Shown in pieces: positions 7,421 through 16,819 of a stretch of 31,956 nt of DNA. Positions within the stretch are counted from its first letter, which is position 1. Each line of letters starts with the position of its first letter. Source of the stretch: Candidatus Heimdallarchaeota archaeon (GTDB lineage: Archaea > Asgardarchaeota > Wukongarchaeia > Wukongarchaeales > JBHIFL01); contig JBHIFL010000049.1 in assembly GCA_046761065.1 (NCBI GenBank), positions 1-31,956 of the forward strand, read 5' to 3'. The position numbers were made by a program, and so were the translations under genes. Below the pieces are notes generated by a model. That model saw nothing but the letters and a program-made list of their open reading frames with translations. It was not told the DNA's origin and ran no database searches.

Positions 7421-10186
7421 TCATTTTTTGTAATATTTTGGTTTTAAAAAAAGCTTTGGTGGGATTAGGAGACTCGGGCTGCATAATATCATAATTACTA
7501 CCCAATCTTGCAAGTTCAAGGGAACTGTCTCAAATGGGGCTTGTAACGCCGGGATATACACGACTGCTAGCTGTAAACTTAAAGATAGTAGCACAGCTAT
7601 AATGAGATACTTATTATTAATGAGTTGCTTGCCAAAAATAGAATGGGTCTCGGACCGGGCATTAAAGACGAACATCAACTCAAAGACTACAAGGGTAGTG
7701 AAAGCGGCCGTCTTCGCTTGACTTACCTTTTTCGAGTTGATTCTGAATGTTGAAAAATCAAATTCAAGTTGCCAAAGGAATATGGCTAAAGTTGCAAGAG
7801 TAGCTAAAATACCGAAAACCAAAATGAAGAGCAAGGTATCATTTTCTAAGATTTTTTCGTTTGGATCGCGAGGGGGGCGTTTCATGATATCCGGATCTTC
7901 AGGATCAACCCCAAGGGCAAGAGCAGGAAATCCATCAGTTATTAAATTGATCCAAAGTATCTGGATTGCTGTTAAAGGCAACACTGTTACTGCAATGCCA
8001 TGTTCGACAGCTTTCAGACCGAGCATTGCCGTAATGAAAATTATCAGGACTTCACTTGTGTTAGCTGCTAACAAATAGCGAATGAATTTCTTGATGTTAG
8101 AAAAAATCGCTCGTCCCTCCTCCACCGCGGCCACAATAGTTGCAAAGTTGTCATCCGCTAGAATCATGTCTGATGCCTCTTTGGTAATATCGGTACCACG
8201 GATTCCCATGGCTATCCCAATATCTGCATGTTTCATAGCTGGAGCGTCGTTTACCCCGTCTCCTGTCATTGCAACGATATGTCCTTGGTTTTTTAAGCGT
8301 TGAACAAGTCGAACTTTGTGTTCCGGGGCGACACGCGCATAGACGGCGTTGGAAAGGCGATCATCCAAGGTCTCATCATCCATTGCACTGAGGTCCCTTC
8401 CCGTTATAACAACATCCTCTTCAGATGCCAATCCCACTTCTCGAGCAACGGCTTTTGCAGTGAGAGGTTGGTCTCCGGTGATCATTTTGACGGTGATCCC
8501 CGCATTTTGAGCCACTTGAATGGCTTCAGGCACCGCTTCTCTGGGAGGATCGATCATTCCTGCAAGGCCCACAAAAACTAACTCCGTCTCAACAGTTTCT
8601 GGGATGTATTCTGTTTGTTCATCAGGTAGAACCTTGTACGCAAAGGCTAGAACGCGTAAGGCTTCGCTAGCAAATTGTTTGTTACACTCCAAAAAGGTGA
8701 CTTTGTCTTCCGGAGTCATTTTCCTTTCTTTATTGTTTTCAACCACCAAAGTCGAGAGGTCAAGGAGGACTTCTGGAGCTCCCTTGACATAAGCCACCTT
8801 TTTTCCTAATGGGGTTTGGTGGATTGTGGTCATTCGTTTCCTTGCTGAATCAAACGATAACTCAGCAATAATTGGATTTTGCTTTTGTAACTCCTCTCGG
8901 CTGATACCTGCCTTCTCTGTTACGATGAGTAATGCGCCCTCGGTCGGATCGCCTACAATTGATTGCTCCTCCTCTTGAAAAATAGCATTATTACACAGAG
9001 TCCCAATCTCCAGCAGCCGTATGAGATTCTTATCGGACTTCGGGTTGATGACTTTCCCCTTTTGTAGAAATGTTCCTGTTCGTTCATACCCACTTCCGGT
9101 TACTTCTAGTTCATCACGGTTAATGTATATTTTCCGAACCGTCATCTCATTCTTTGTCATGGTTCCGGTCTTATCCGAACAGATCACTGTAGTTGAACCT
9201 AAGGTCTCAACAGCAGGCAATCTTCGCATAATTGAATGGCGTTTCACCATCCGTTGAACTCCAAGTGCCAGCGCAATTGTAACAACAGCCGGGAGACCTT
9301 CGGGAATCGCCGCTACAGCTAATGCAATTGCCACGATGAGCATATCAATAATAAAATCAAACGTATAGCTTGATGCACGATAGAGTTCTGCTAAGAAGAC
9401 CAAGATCGCTAGAACAAGGATGATTCCTGCAATCTGCTTGCCAAAGTCTTGTAACTTTCTCTGGAGGGGGGTTTCTTTTTTTTCAGCTTCCTGAATCATC
9501 CCCGCAATTTTTCCGAATTGGGTCCGCATTCCAGTCTCTACAACGATCCCTTGGCCGCGGCCAAAGGTAACCAAGGTGCCTAGGAAGACCATGTTTTCTT
9601 GTTCGGCAATTGGCGTTGTTGGTTCTAGGCACTCAGGGGTACGTTTCCAAACTGGTATCGATTCCCCTGTTAAAACAGCCTCATCGACCTGGAGATTCAC
9701 AGATTCCATAACTCGGATATCTGCTGGAATAAAATCTCCCACCTCTAACAGAACTATATCTCCAGGCACCAGTTCTCGCGCAAATATCTCTTGAACCTCA
9801 CCATCCCGCATCACGGTGGCTTTATGAGCTGCAAGTTGCTTAAGTGCTTCTAATGCCTTTTCAGAACGATATTCTTGTGCAAATCCAAAAATGGCATTAA
9901 AAATCACAATAATGCCAATTACGATAGCCTCGATGGGGCTTTCACCTCTTCGCTGGGCAACAATTAACGAGATTGTTACGGCAAAGAGTAAGATAATAAC
10001 CATTATATCCTTAAACTGGGTGAGAAACATTTCCAACAGTGAAATCTTTTCCGCTTCAGCGATTTCATTAAGTCCGTATTTTTCTAATCGCTCCTTGGCG
10101 TCTTTCTCCTCCAATCCCTTGTCACTTACATTGAGTACCTTCTTAATTTGCTCAATGGGCAAGCTGTGCCAACTTGCGTCCCACAT
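7421..10186 (-). CDS. P-type ATPase, type IIA (Ca2+-transporting, SERCA-like)
   Basis: TGES, IPEGLP, phosphorylation site DKTGT, KGAPE, DPPR, TGDGVND, WINLITDG; multiple TM segments. Confidence 0.95.
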   Translation of the reverse strand: MWDASWHSLPIEQIKKVLNVSDKGLEEKDAKERLEKYGLNEIAEAEKISLLEMFLTQFKDIMVIILLFAVTISLIVAQRRGESPIEAIVIGIIVIFNAIFGFAQEYRSEKALEALKQLAAHKATVMRDGEVQEIFARELVPGDIVLLEVGDFIPADIRVMESVNLQVDEAVLTGESIPVWKRTPECLEPTTPIAEQENMVFLGTLVTFGRGQGIVVETGMRTQFGKIAGMIQEAEKKETPLQRKLQDFGKQIAGIILVLAILVFLAELYRASSYTFDFIIDMLIVAIALAVAAIPEGLPAVVTIALALGVQRMVKRHSIMRRLPAVETLGSTTVICSDKTGTMTKNEMTVRKIYINRDELEVTGSGYERTGTFLQKGKVINPKSDKNLIRLLEIGTLCNNAIFQEEEQSIVGDPTEGALLIVTEKAGISREELQKQNPIIAELSFDSARKRMTTIHQTPLGKKVAYVKGAPEVLLDLSTLVVENNKERKMTPEDKVTFLECNKQFASEALRVLAFAYKVLPDEQTEYIPETVETELVFVGLAGMIDPPREAVPEAIQVAQNAGITVKMITGDQPLTAKAVAREVGLASEEDVVITGRDLSAMDDETLDDRLSNAVYARVAPEHKVRLVQRLKNQGHIVAMTGDGVNDAPAMKHADIGIAMGIRGTDITKEASDMILADDNFATIVAAVEEGRAIFSNIKKFIRYLLAANTSEVLIIFITAMLGLKAVEHGIAVTVLPLTAIQILWINLITDGFPALALGVDPEDPDIMKRPPRDPNEKILENDTLLFILVFGILATLATLAIFLWQLEFDFSTFRINSKKVSQAKTAAFTTLVVFELMFVFNARSETHSIFGKQLINNKYLIIAVLLSLSLQLAVVYIPALQAPFETVPLNLQDWVVIMILCSPSLLIPPKLFLKPKYYKK

Positions 10187-10373
10187 TAGAACGCCTCAAT
10201 TTTATTTTATCTTGTAATAAGTTTATTACGAGAGCTAGAAGTAGTTCGCGTAATTATGAATTATTCGTTTCCAAAGTTAAGCGCGAGCATAACTATAAAA
10301 ACTCCACGAAATTGAGAAGCATAGTAATGACAGGACATTTACCTTAAAGAACTTATGAATTAGGGGTAGAAAA

Positions 10374-11891
10374 ATGCGAAAGCTGCCCGTGCGTATTGTT
10401 GGGATGATTTTCCTGACATTGCTGATATTTACATTCATTAATTATAGTTATACACACTCGAACTCGATGATTCCAAATGATACAGTTGTTTTTAAAAAAC
10501 GAATTTTCAGATCTAGTCGGTATATGATCCCCAATGTTCCTTATGTGTGGCAAGAAGTCAACGGACTTTGTGCTTGGGCTTCATTGAACGCTGTTTTTCG
10601 ATATTTTGATGCCAATACGACTTTAGCACGACTGCTCGATGTATCTGGAACTGGGTTTGGGTTTTTATATCTTCGAGCTGATCCTACCCTTTTATTTTTC
10701 ACAGGACCACTTGGTTCACAGATCCCCGATACCGACTTTCTTGCGAAAATATATGGATTTAATATTACGTGGTATTTCGGAGAAGAAACGCCAGGGATTG
10801 ACCAATTAAAACCCGTCTTAGAAGAACATGACATGAATGTAATCATGCTGCCATCCTTCTCGGATGGTCTTGAGGCTTTAAAACAGGATCTCCACAACAA
10901 CATTCCTGTCGTAGTTAGTATAAATCCCCTCCGCTTCTCAACGATCCGGGATTATCAAGCCATAGCACTTCCGAATACGGTGATAGTTGGGCATGGCGTG
11001 GTAGTGGTTGGATATAATAATACCCACATATTTGTCAATGATCCTGGCGTTGGGAGTTTTGGCAACGAATATGGCTTCCCAACAGACCAACGAGGCACAT
11101 ATGCCCCGATCCCCCTTGAGGATTTCCAACTCGCATGGGAAGATCGGGATTTGCTTGCCACTAAATTTATTCCTAAACCAGACTTCAATTTTGCTGCGGA
11201 AAAGCTATATGGCCACGCAATTGAGCGAATCATTGCAAAACTCGAGGGAGACGAAAGTGCCTATTCTTACTCTCAAGTAATGATGTGGTTAGGTGCTGAT
11301 GCGTTCCTTAAGATGGGTACAGACGTCCAACCTGAAGAGTTTGAAGAGATACTGAACAATTGGGATGATTATTTTGAACAAAATCGCACCCAATTAGTTA
11401 CCACCGTGGCTTCTGTAAAAATGGCTTATCTTGGGGCGTTGACTCTTACTTACGAAGCCATGCAACGAGCCGCTACGGACCTCTCCGCACTCTTATATGG
11501 GTTGGATCCATATGTAGATGCCTTAAACTCGTTAGACCATGCCCTAAACCAATTTGACGATTTAGTAGACTTCGCTGTTCTACAATTCCTTGGTGACGAT
11601 TCAAAGCGAATGAATCAGACCCTCTTTGATGAAGCGTTTGATCCTCTAATTCAGGCTCTCAAGGAGGGTAGATCCCTCGATACTGCACTTCAAACCTCAG
11701 CAACTCAGTTTGAAACCTTAAGTACACAGATTACAAATATCGGTAGTGCTCTTAAAACCTTTAGTGAAACACTCAAGGCCGCTCACACTCCCTACGTGCC
11801 CGAACCGCACTTAATTCTTCAATTTGTGTTATTTAATATAATCTTAGTTATTGTTACCAAATCCGTCAGACGCAAGATTCAACGGTATTAA
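10374..11891 (+). CDS. Secreted, membrane-anchored C39-like (papain-fold) peptidase domain protein
   Basis: N-terminal signal/TM; VPYVWQ..GLCAWAS (Q..C), GHGVVVVGY (H), VNDP (D); C-terminal TM + RRK. Confidence 0.75.
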   Translation: MRKLPVRIVGMIFLTLLIFTFINYSYTHSNSMIPNDTVVFKKRIFRSSRYMIPNVPYVWQEVNGLCAWASLNAVFRYFDANTTLARLLDVSGTGFGFLYLRADPTLLFFTGPLGSQIPDTDFLAKIYGFNITWYFGEETPGIDQLKPVLEEHDMNVIMLPSFSDGLEALKQDLHNNIPVVVSINPLRFSTIRDYQAIALPNTVIVGHGVVVVGYNNTHIFVNDPGVGSFGNEYGFPTDQRGTYAPIPLEDFQLAWEDRDLLATKFIPKPDFNFAAEKLYGHAIERIIAKLEGDESAYSYSQVMMWLGADAFLKMGTDVQPEEFEEILNNWDDYFEQNRTQLVTTVASVKMAYLGALTLTYEAMQRAATDLSALLYGLDPYVDALNSLDHALNQFDDLVDFAVLQFLGDDSKRMNQTLFDEAFDPLIQALKEGRSLDTALQTSATQFETLSTQITNIGSALKTFSETLKAAHTPYVPEPHLILQFVLFNIILVIVTKSVRRKIQRY

Positions 11892-12066
11892 GGTTCCTTG
11901 CTCCAATATGGATTTTATTCGGACCTTTGTTTTGCTTAAAAAGATTAAACTTGATAAGATAGGTTGTAGCCTTAAATTAAACAATAATAATTAAAAATTG
12001 AATGTGGCACAAATTCTGCGGAGATAAAGCTTGGAATTCTTAGAAATAATGATTTAAACAGATTGG

Positions 12067-12591
12067 TTAACTTGACTTTTGACTCTGAAAGATCTTTCGT
12101 GCGGATTGAATTTGTGCCCCGTGGTAAATGTCGTGATGAATCATTGTCCAGATGATTCTTTCTGTTGGCCATAACTCTCCCCAATTTGTTTCCCGCAATT
12201 TCGGAAGGTCTTCATCCGTCAACCCATCAAGGATCGCCCGAAGTGGGTGATGACTTTGTTTTAAGTAAGCCAATGCTCCGTTCCGATCAGAAGGTAAGAT
12301 AAGATCGTCCCAGGTCAGTTTCCCCTTCTGAACTGCGTACTCCACATACATGACTTTACATGCTGCGATATGCACAACGAGCCAAGCTACTGTGAGCGGT
12401 CCTTTGGGAATTGGCGTTGGTTTATCGTAGTCCAATGACCACCGATCATTGATTTTTCTGAGCGTCCAAGCATTCTTGGACGGTTTCCACCAAAACTCCT
12501 CTTCTGTAAGTCCGTCCAGAGCCTGTTGGAGGGTATCCCATGCATCGTCCATTTCTCGTGCTAAAAGGTCAACTAATTTCCTATTTTGCAT
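12067..12591 (-). CDS. DinB-family metal-binding protein
   Basis: TVAWLVVH and HDIYHGAQI histidine pattern; LTEEEFWWKP start typical of DinB_2. Confidence 0.85.
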   Translation of the reverse strand: MQNRKLVDLLAREMDDAWDTLQQALDGLTEEEFWWKPSKNAWTLRKINDRWSLDYDKPTPIPKGPLTVAWLVVHIAACKVMYVEYAVQKGKLTWDDLILPSDRNGALAYLKQSHHPLRAILDGLTDEDLPKLRETNWGELWPTERIIWTMIHHDIYHGAQIQSARKIFQSQKSS

Positions 12592-12628
12592 AACACCACC
12601 CTTTTGAATTTCTACAAACTTCTTATAT

Positions 12629-13366
12629 TCAGCCAGTTGTTTTCCCTAAAAGTATTGCTTCACGAAGGATGTGATTCAAATGTAATAAGGCAATGATTGC
12701 TGGCCCCCACCCTACATCTGAGGACCGTTTGTAAGTTAAAGCGCGGGCAGCTCTGTGTCCATACAAAATTTGATTTCGTTGGCGCTGTATTTGAAGAATT
12801 AATCCTGGACATTGGTCGATCGTGATTTGCCATTGTCTAATAGATGTAAAGTCGAGAAAATAGCCATTTTTTGTGCATATTGGTTCTAGATCACGGCGAG
12901 TCAATGTGCATATTTGTGCGTGTTTCATTTCTGGAACCTGTGAAGAAAAACAGAATTTATCCTCTAACTCTACACCTAGCGACTCAATATTCTTAAAGGC
13001 TCGTCCCAGTAACCAGATATACGTTTGAACCCAGACAATTACATCTTCTCCATGGATCAGACCTATACTTTGAGGATTGAAGTAAAAATACAATTGAGGG
13101 TGAGAAAGGTCCGATAAAATAAAGTAAATTTGGAAATTTCGTACTGGGGAAACCGTACAAGAAAGAAAAGCTGCCTGGTATGGTTTTGGGAAGAGCTCAA
13201 AACCCAGAAGAACTAGGACGCGATCTGTTTTGTCGTTATTAGCTATTTCTTGAGCTATTTCGCGGCATATCCCTTCACTATCTTGTTTAATTTTTTGTTC
13301 CCATTTTCCAGTAACTTGAAAAGCCTGAAGTTTGACTAGGTTTTGAAACTCCACCGCTCTGACCAA
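12629..13366 (-). CDS. Hypothetical protein
   Basis: 245-aa uninterrupted ORF filling the gap, TTG start, co-oriented with neighbours; no motif recognised. Confidence 0.6.
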   Translation of the reverse strand: MVRAVEFQNLVKLQAFQVTGKWEQKIKQDSEGICREIAQEIANNDKTDRVLVLLGFELFPKPYQAAFLSCTVSPVRNFQIYFILSDLSHPQLYFYFNPQSIGLIHGEDVIVWVQTYIWLLGRAFKNIESLGVELEDKFCFSSQVPEMKHAQICTLTRRDLEPICTKNGYFLDFTSIRQWQITIDQCPGLILQIQRQRNQILYGHRAARALTYKRSSDVGWGPAIIALLHLNHILREAILLGKTTG

Positions 13367-13445
13367 CTATCCAAATCCGTACGGGTTTTCCTGTGCAGCT
13401 CGAGAGGTTTAGCAGCTATCCTACGATCTACGATAATTTGAATGA

Positions 13446-13808
13446 TTATCCTAATCTAGCACCATTGGGAACTGGTTGCTCAGGAACCGCTAAAACAGGG
13501 GTAATTTTGTCAGCATAGCTGATATCAAGTAACATTCCTTCAGAAAGCTCTCCCATCATTTTTTTTGGTTTAAGATTAATAACAAATAATGCTTGTTTTC
13601 CTTCCACTTCTTTCGGATTGCTTCGCTCTTGCTTCATACCAACTAAGATGCTCCTTGTGTGGTTGCCAAAATTAACTGATAATTTGACTAACCTATCTGA
13701 TTTTGGGACATCTTCTACAAGCTCAATCGTTCCAACGCGAATATCAATTTGCTCAAAAATATCAAAGGAAATTATTGGCTTAGTTGGTGCTACATTGATT
13801 GATTTCAT
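13446..13808 (-). CDS. CsaA/Trbp111-type OB-fold tRNA-binding protein
   Basis: DIRVGTI, SDRLVKLSVNFG, VINLKPKKMMGELSEGMLL, PVPNGARL. Confidence 0.9.
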   Translation of the reverse strand: MKSINVAPTKPIISFDIFEQIDIRVGTIELVEDVPKSDRLVKLSVNFGNHTRSILVGMKQERSNPKEVEGKQALFVINLKPKKMMGELSEGMLLDISYADKITPVLAVPEQPVPNGARLG

Positions 13809-14015
13809 AAACTAATGTTCATCTTGTAATCATATTAAATTTGCGGCAACTTCTGAAGTATCTTCAGGACATATAAGGCACTTTAGGAAGTAAAAAGATC
13901 TAAATATGCACCTTTAAGTAAATGAATCTTCTTTTCCAAAATATTCAAACACAATAATAGGGTAAAAAATAATCACAGTAATCGGCTTACCAGCTACATA
14001 ACTTAAAGAACTCCC

Positions 14016-14288
14016 TCAGATGGACTCGCGGGGGAAGAAACTTTTGCAGCGGGCACAGAAGTAGATCCCTTCATTCCTCGCAAGATATAGCGAAGTTCCA
14101 CATTTAGGACAATTGTGTATCGGCTTGGGCTCGTCTGCATTCACTGAAAAGCCCTTAAGCTCCTTTTTTAACAGATCTCGAATAGCTGTCCGAATGATTT
14201 CACTTCGATTTGGCCATTTTTTTTGAATCACTAATTCTAGTAAGCCATCAATGTAATATTCGGGGAGGTGCACGGTAATTAGTTGCGT
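14016..14288 (-). CDS. Ribbon-helix-helix (CopG/Arc/MetJ) regulator with C-terminal zinc ribbon; apparent ACG start
   Basis: (M)QLITVHLP..NRSEIIRTAIRDLL is a typical RHH; CPKCG..FCARC zinc ribbon; GGAGG 7 nt before ACG at 14288. Confidence 0.85.
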   Translation of the reverse strand, partial: TQLITVHLPEYYIDGLLELVIQKKWPNRSEIIRTAIRDLLKKELKGFSVNADEPKPIHNCPKCGTSLYLARNEGIYFCARCKSFFPRESI

Positions 14289-14340
14289 TTAAATGCCTCC
14301 TCATCAAATTAGGGATAAATTATTATTAATGTCGGGAGCA

Positions 14341-14420
14341 TATAAATTCATTTATTTCCTCGGTATCATGTAGTTGATTAAAACTTGGAAGTTATTATGA
14401 GCGTATCATATTCGTATCAT
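14341..14420 (-). promoter_or_regulatory. Putative TATA box (TTTATA, minus strand 14341-14346) and three GTATCAT repeats upstream of the RHH gene
   Basis: GTATCAT on + strand at 14363, 14403 and 14414. Confidence 0.45.
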
Positions 14421-14521
14421 GTTTAAACCAAACTGTTAATCAAAATGGAGTTCTAAGAAAGTAGATCATAAATGATAAATGGAAAAAACGCTTCTATTTT
14501 GTCGAAAATCCGGCTGAAATC

Positions 14522-15493
14522 CTATCCGTAAAATCTTTTGAAGACACGACAAATGGCTAAGGCAATCCACAAAGGTAGGTCTTTATCTCTCACCCTAAGT
14601 AAAGATAACGTCCAACCACCAGTCTCATCTTGCTTTGCAATGAACCAATCAAGCCCGTTTTTAATGTGGGTATTGTTCGGGGTAAAACCCAAAAACGATA
14701 GAGAATCTAAAGCTGATAATAAATCTGTAAACCAGAACGGATAAGAGAATTTAGTCCAGAAACTCGCATCTTGTCTATCAGGGTATTTATCGCGTTTGAA
14801 TAGGCGGGATGCTAGGAGTTTTCCGGCAATTTTAACTTCTTTTCTTGATCGTAATTTAGGATGGGCTGCAAAAGCTCTTAACACGCAACCTGTTACTAAA
14901 TGCGATGAAGGTTTTAAAATATCTGGCTTAATAGTCTTAGAATTCAAAGTTGATTGGTCTAATTTAGCGCCTACGGTTCGTAGAGGAATGGCCCATCCAC
15001 CATCACTTTGACGACAAGAAAGGAGCCATTCAAACCCTTTTTCTAGACGAGGGTTATTAGTGTAGCCCGCTTTAATGAGCAATTCCAAGATCGCCGCTGT
15101 ATAATTCGGTGTGTATTGAGTTCCGTAAATGCCTCGAAAATCTCCTTCGCTGGTCTGGAAACGAAAAAGGAAATCCGTAGCTTTTATGATTGCTGGATGG
15201 CTTCGAGTAAGTCCATACTTTTCAATAAGCCCCCCTACGATTCGATAGGTTTCTAGTTGATTATAATTTTGTTGAGATCGAATCTCGAGTTTCCCACCAG
15301 GATATTTCCATGCCCCATCTTCTTGTTGTTTCCGCAAGAGGTATGCTACGGAAGGTAACTCCCATAATGTTTCAAGTGATTCGACATCTTCTTCAAGCAA
15401 ATCTCGTTGCGAAAAATAGGCAATAGCTTTATTGGGTGATGTAATCAAGTGGGGTAGTGGATCATAGTTCAGGTGGATATTCCAATTTTCCGT
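14522..15493 (-). CDS. Prenyltransferase/squalene-cyclase-like QW-repeat alpha-alpha barrel protein
   Basis: Repeated QxxDGxW motifs (QQEDGAW, QTSEGDF, QSDGGW, QDETGGW); start uncertain (15556 in the track, G-rich SD suggests about 15493). Confidence 0.75.
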   Translation of the reverse strand, partial: TENWNIHLNYDPLPHLITSPNKAIAYFSQRDLLEEDVESLETLWELPSVAYLLRKQQEDGAWKYPGGKLEIRSQQNYNQLETYRIVGGLIEKYGLTRSHPAIIKATDFLFRFQTSEGDFRGIYGTQYTPNYTAAILELLIKAGYTNNPRLEKGFEWLLSCRQSDGGWAIPLRTVGAKLDQSTLNSKTIKPDILKPSSHLVTGCVLRAFAAHPKLRSRKEVKIAGKLLASRLFKRDKYPDRQDASFWTKFSYPFWFTDLLSALDSLSFLGFTPNNTHIKNGLDWFIAKQDETGGWTLSLLRVRDKDLPLWIALAICRVFKRFYG

Positions 15494-15779
15494 TATCAGT
15501 TCCCCCCAAAATATTATTCTATAAATATTCGAAATTGAATTCATTTTTAAAATCATTTTTCATGCATTGAATACGCTTATAATGGAGTGGATGGTTCGAT
15601 TCTAACATTTAATAAAATTTTTTTCATCCTGAGTAGAAAAATTCGTAGTCCGCACAGATAACATAGATGAACTATTCATGTCGTCAAAAGTTTTACTCAG
15701 TCGATAATCTATTCAAGTAAATTGGAGCATAATCTATAATAAGTCTTGCTAGTTCCGATCCAACTTAGAGGTTCTATGA

Positions 15780-16253
15780 ATGGATGAAAAAACATTTCCA
15801 GAGTTCGCGGAAAGACTAGCAAATAAGTACATGAAACAATATAATGCATGTGCTCAAGTTATAGTATTGACATTTCAAGAACTCCTCGGACTGGATAACA
15901 ACCAAGTTCTTAAAGCGGCCACTGGGCTTGTTGGAGGCATCAGTCGTATGAAGTCCGTGTGTGGTGCCGTTAGTGGAGGAACAATGATCCTAAGCCTGAA
16001 ATATGGGCGTGGACGTAACGACTTAGACAATGTTGAAGCATTGTACAACACGTATAAACCTGTCCAATGCTTTTTCAAGAAATTTAGAGATGAATTCGGA
16101 AGTACCAATTGTTATGATATCATTGGTATTGATCTAAAAGATGCTGTCGCTAGGCATAAGTGGATCGAAGCAGGTGGCTTAGAAAAATGCGCCGAATTGG
16201 TCGGAAAAGCCGCACGAATGATAGCTGAAGTTATGCAAGAGGAAAACAAATAG
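15780..16253 (+). CDS. C_GCAxxG_C_C family putative redox protein
   Basis: ACAQ, VCGAVSGG, FGSTNC and EKC cysteine pattern; GAGGT SD. Confidence 0.88.
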   Translation: MDEKTFPEFAERLANKYMKQYNACAQVIVLTFQELLGLDNNQVLKAATGLVGGISRMKSVCGAVSGGTMILSLKYGRGRNDLDNVEALYNTYKPVQCFFKKFRDEFGSTNCYDIIGIDLKDAVARHKWIEAGGLEKCAELVGKAARMIAEVMQEENK

Positions 16254-16396
16254 ATTTATGAGTACAGGGTTGAATTTTATATTATTTAGTGCTATAATGA
16301 CATGAAGATTAATTGAAGATAAGCTTGAACGTAGTAGTTAGCTAAATGATCCTATAGTTTAAATCAGGTTGCAAACGAAGAAACTGGTGGACAATC

Positions 16397-16507
16397 ATGC
16401 AGGGGTGTGAACATCTTCCTGCACGTTCTGATCTTCTAGAATGGGCATACGAAACTATCTATGTTATGGAGAAATTAGATAGTCTTGTTACTGAAAAAGG
16501 CGTATGA
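16397..16507 (+). pseudogene. Possible remnant of a low-molecular-weight protein tyrosine phosphatase-like gene
   Basis: 36-aa frame contains DLLEWAYETIYVMEK, resembling the LMW-PTP EWAD-lI-vME segment; no catalytic CX5R loop seen. Confidence 0.3.
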
Positions 16508-16819
16508 TATTATGGATAATTATACCTGTTTTTAACACCCACATAAGCAGCTTACAGAATTTCAAGTGAAATTTAAATTGTTCAATGATCTCTAAACGCT
16601 CTATCAATAGATGCAAGAACAGTTTCTATCATGAATAAAAAACACTTAAAGGAAATGATTGTAAGTGAAGCATTCATTAAAAGGTGGAATCTGAACGTTG
16701 GGGGAAACGGGATGAAAATAAGAGAGTGTTATTTAACATACTAAGATACCTGCCAATATACATGAATTCCAACCACAAAATTACTTATGCCAACAAGACA
16801 ATGAATGTAGTTGGTTTAA

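Noticed and set aside
7737-10217. Plus-strand ORFs opposite the P-type ATPase, and similar shadow ORFs throughout the window
   Set aside because: Antisense shadows of well-supported genes
11972-12184. 70-aa minus-strand ORF overlapping the DinB 3' end
   Set aside because: Alternative-frame overlap with no motif
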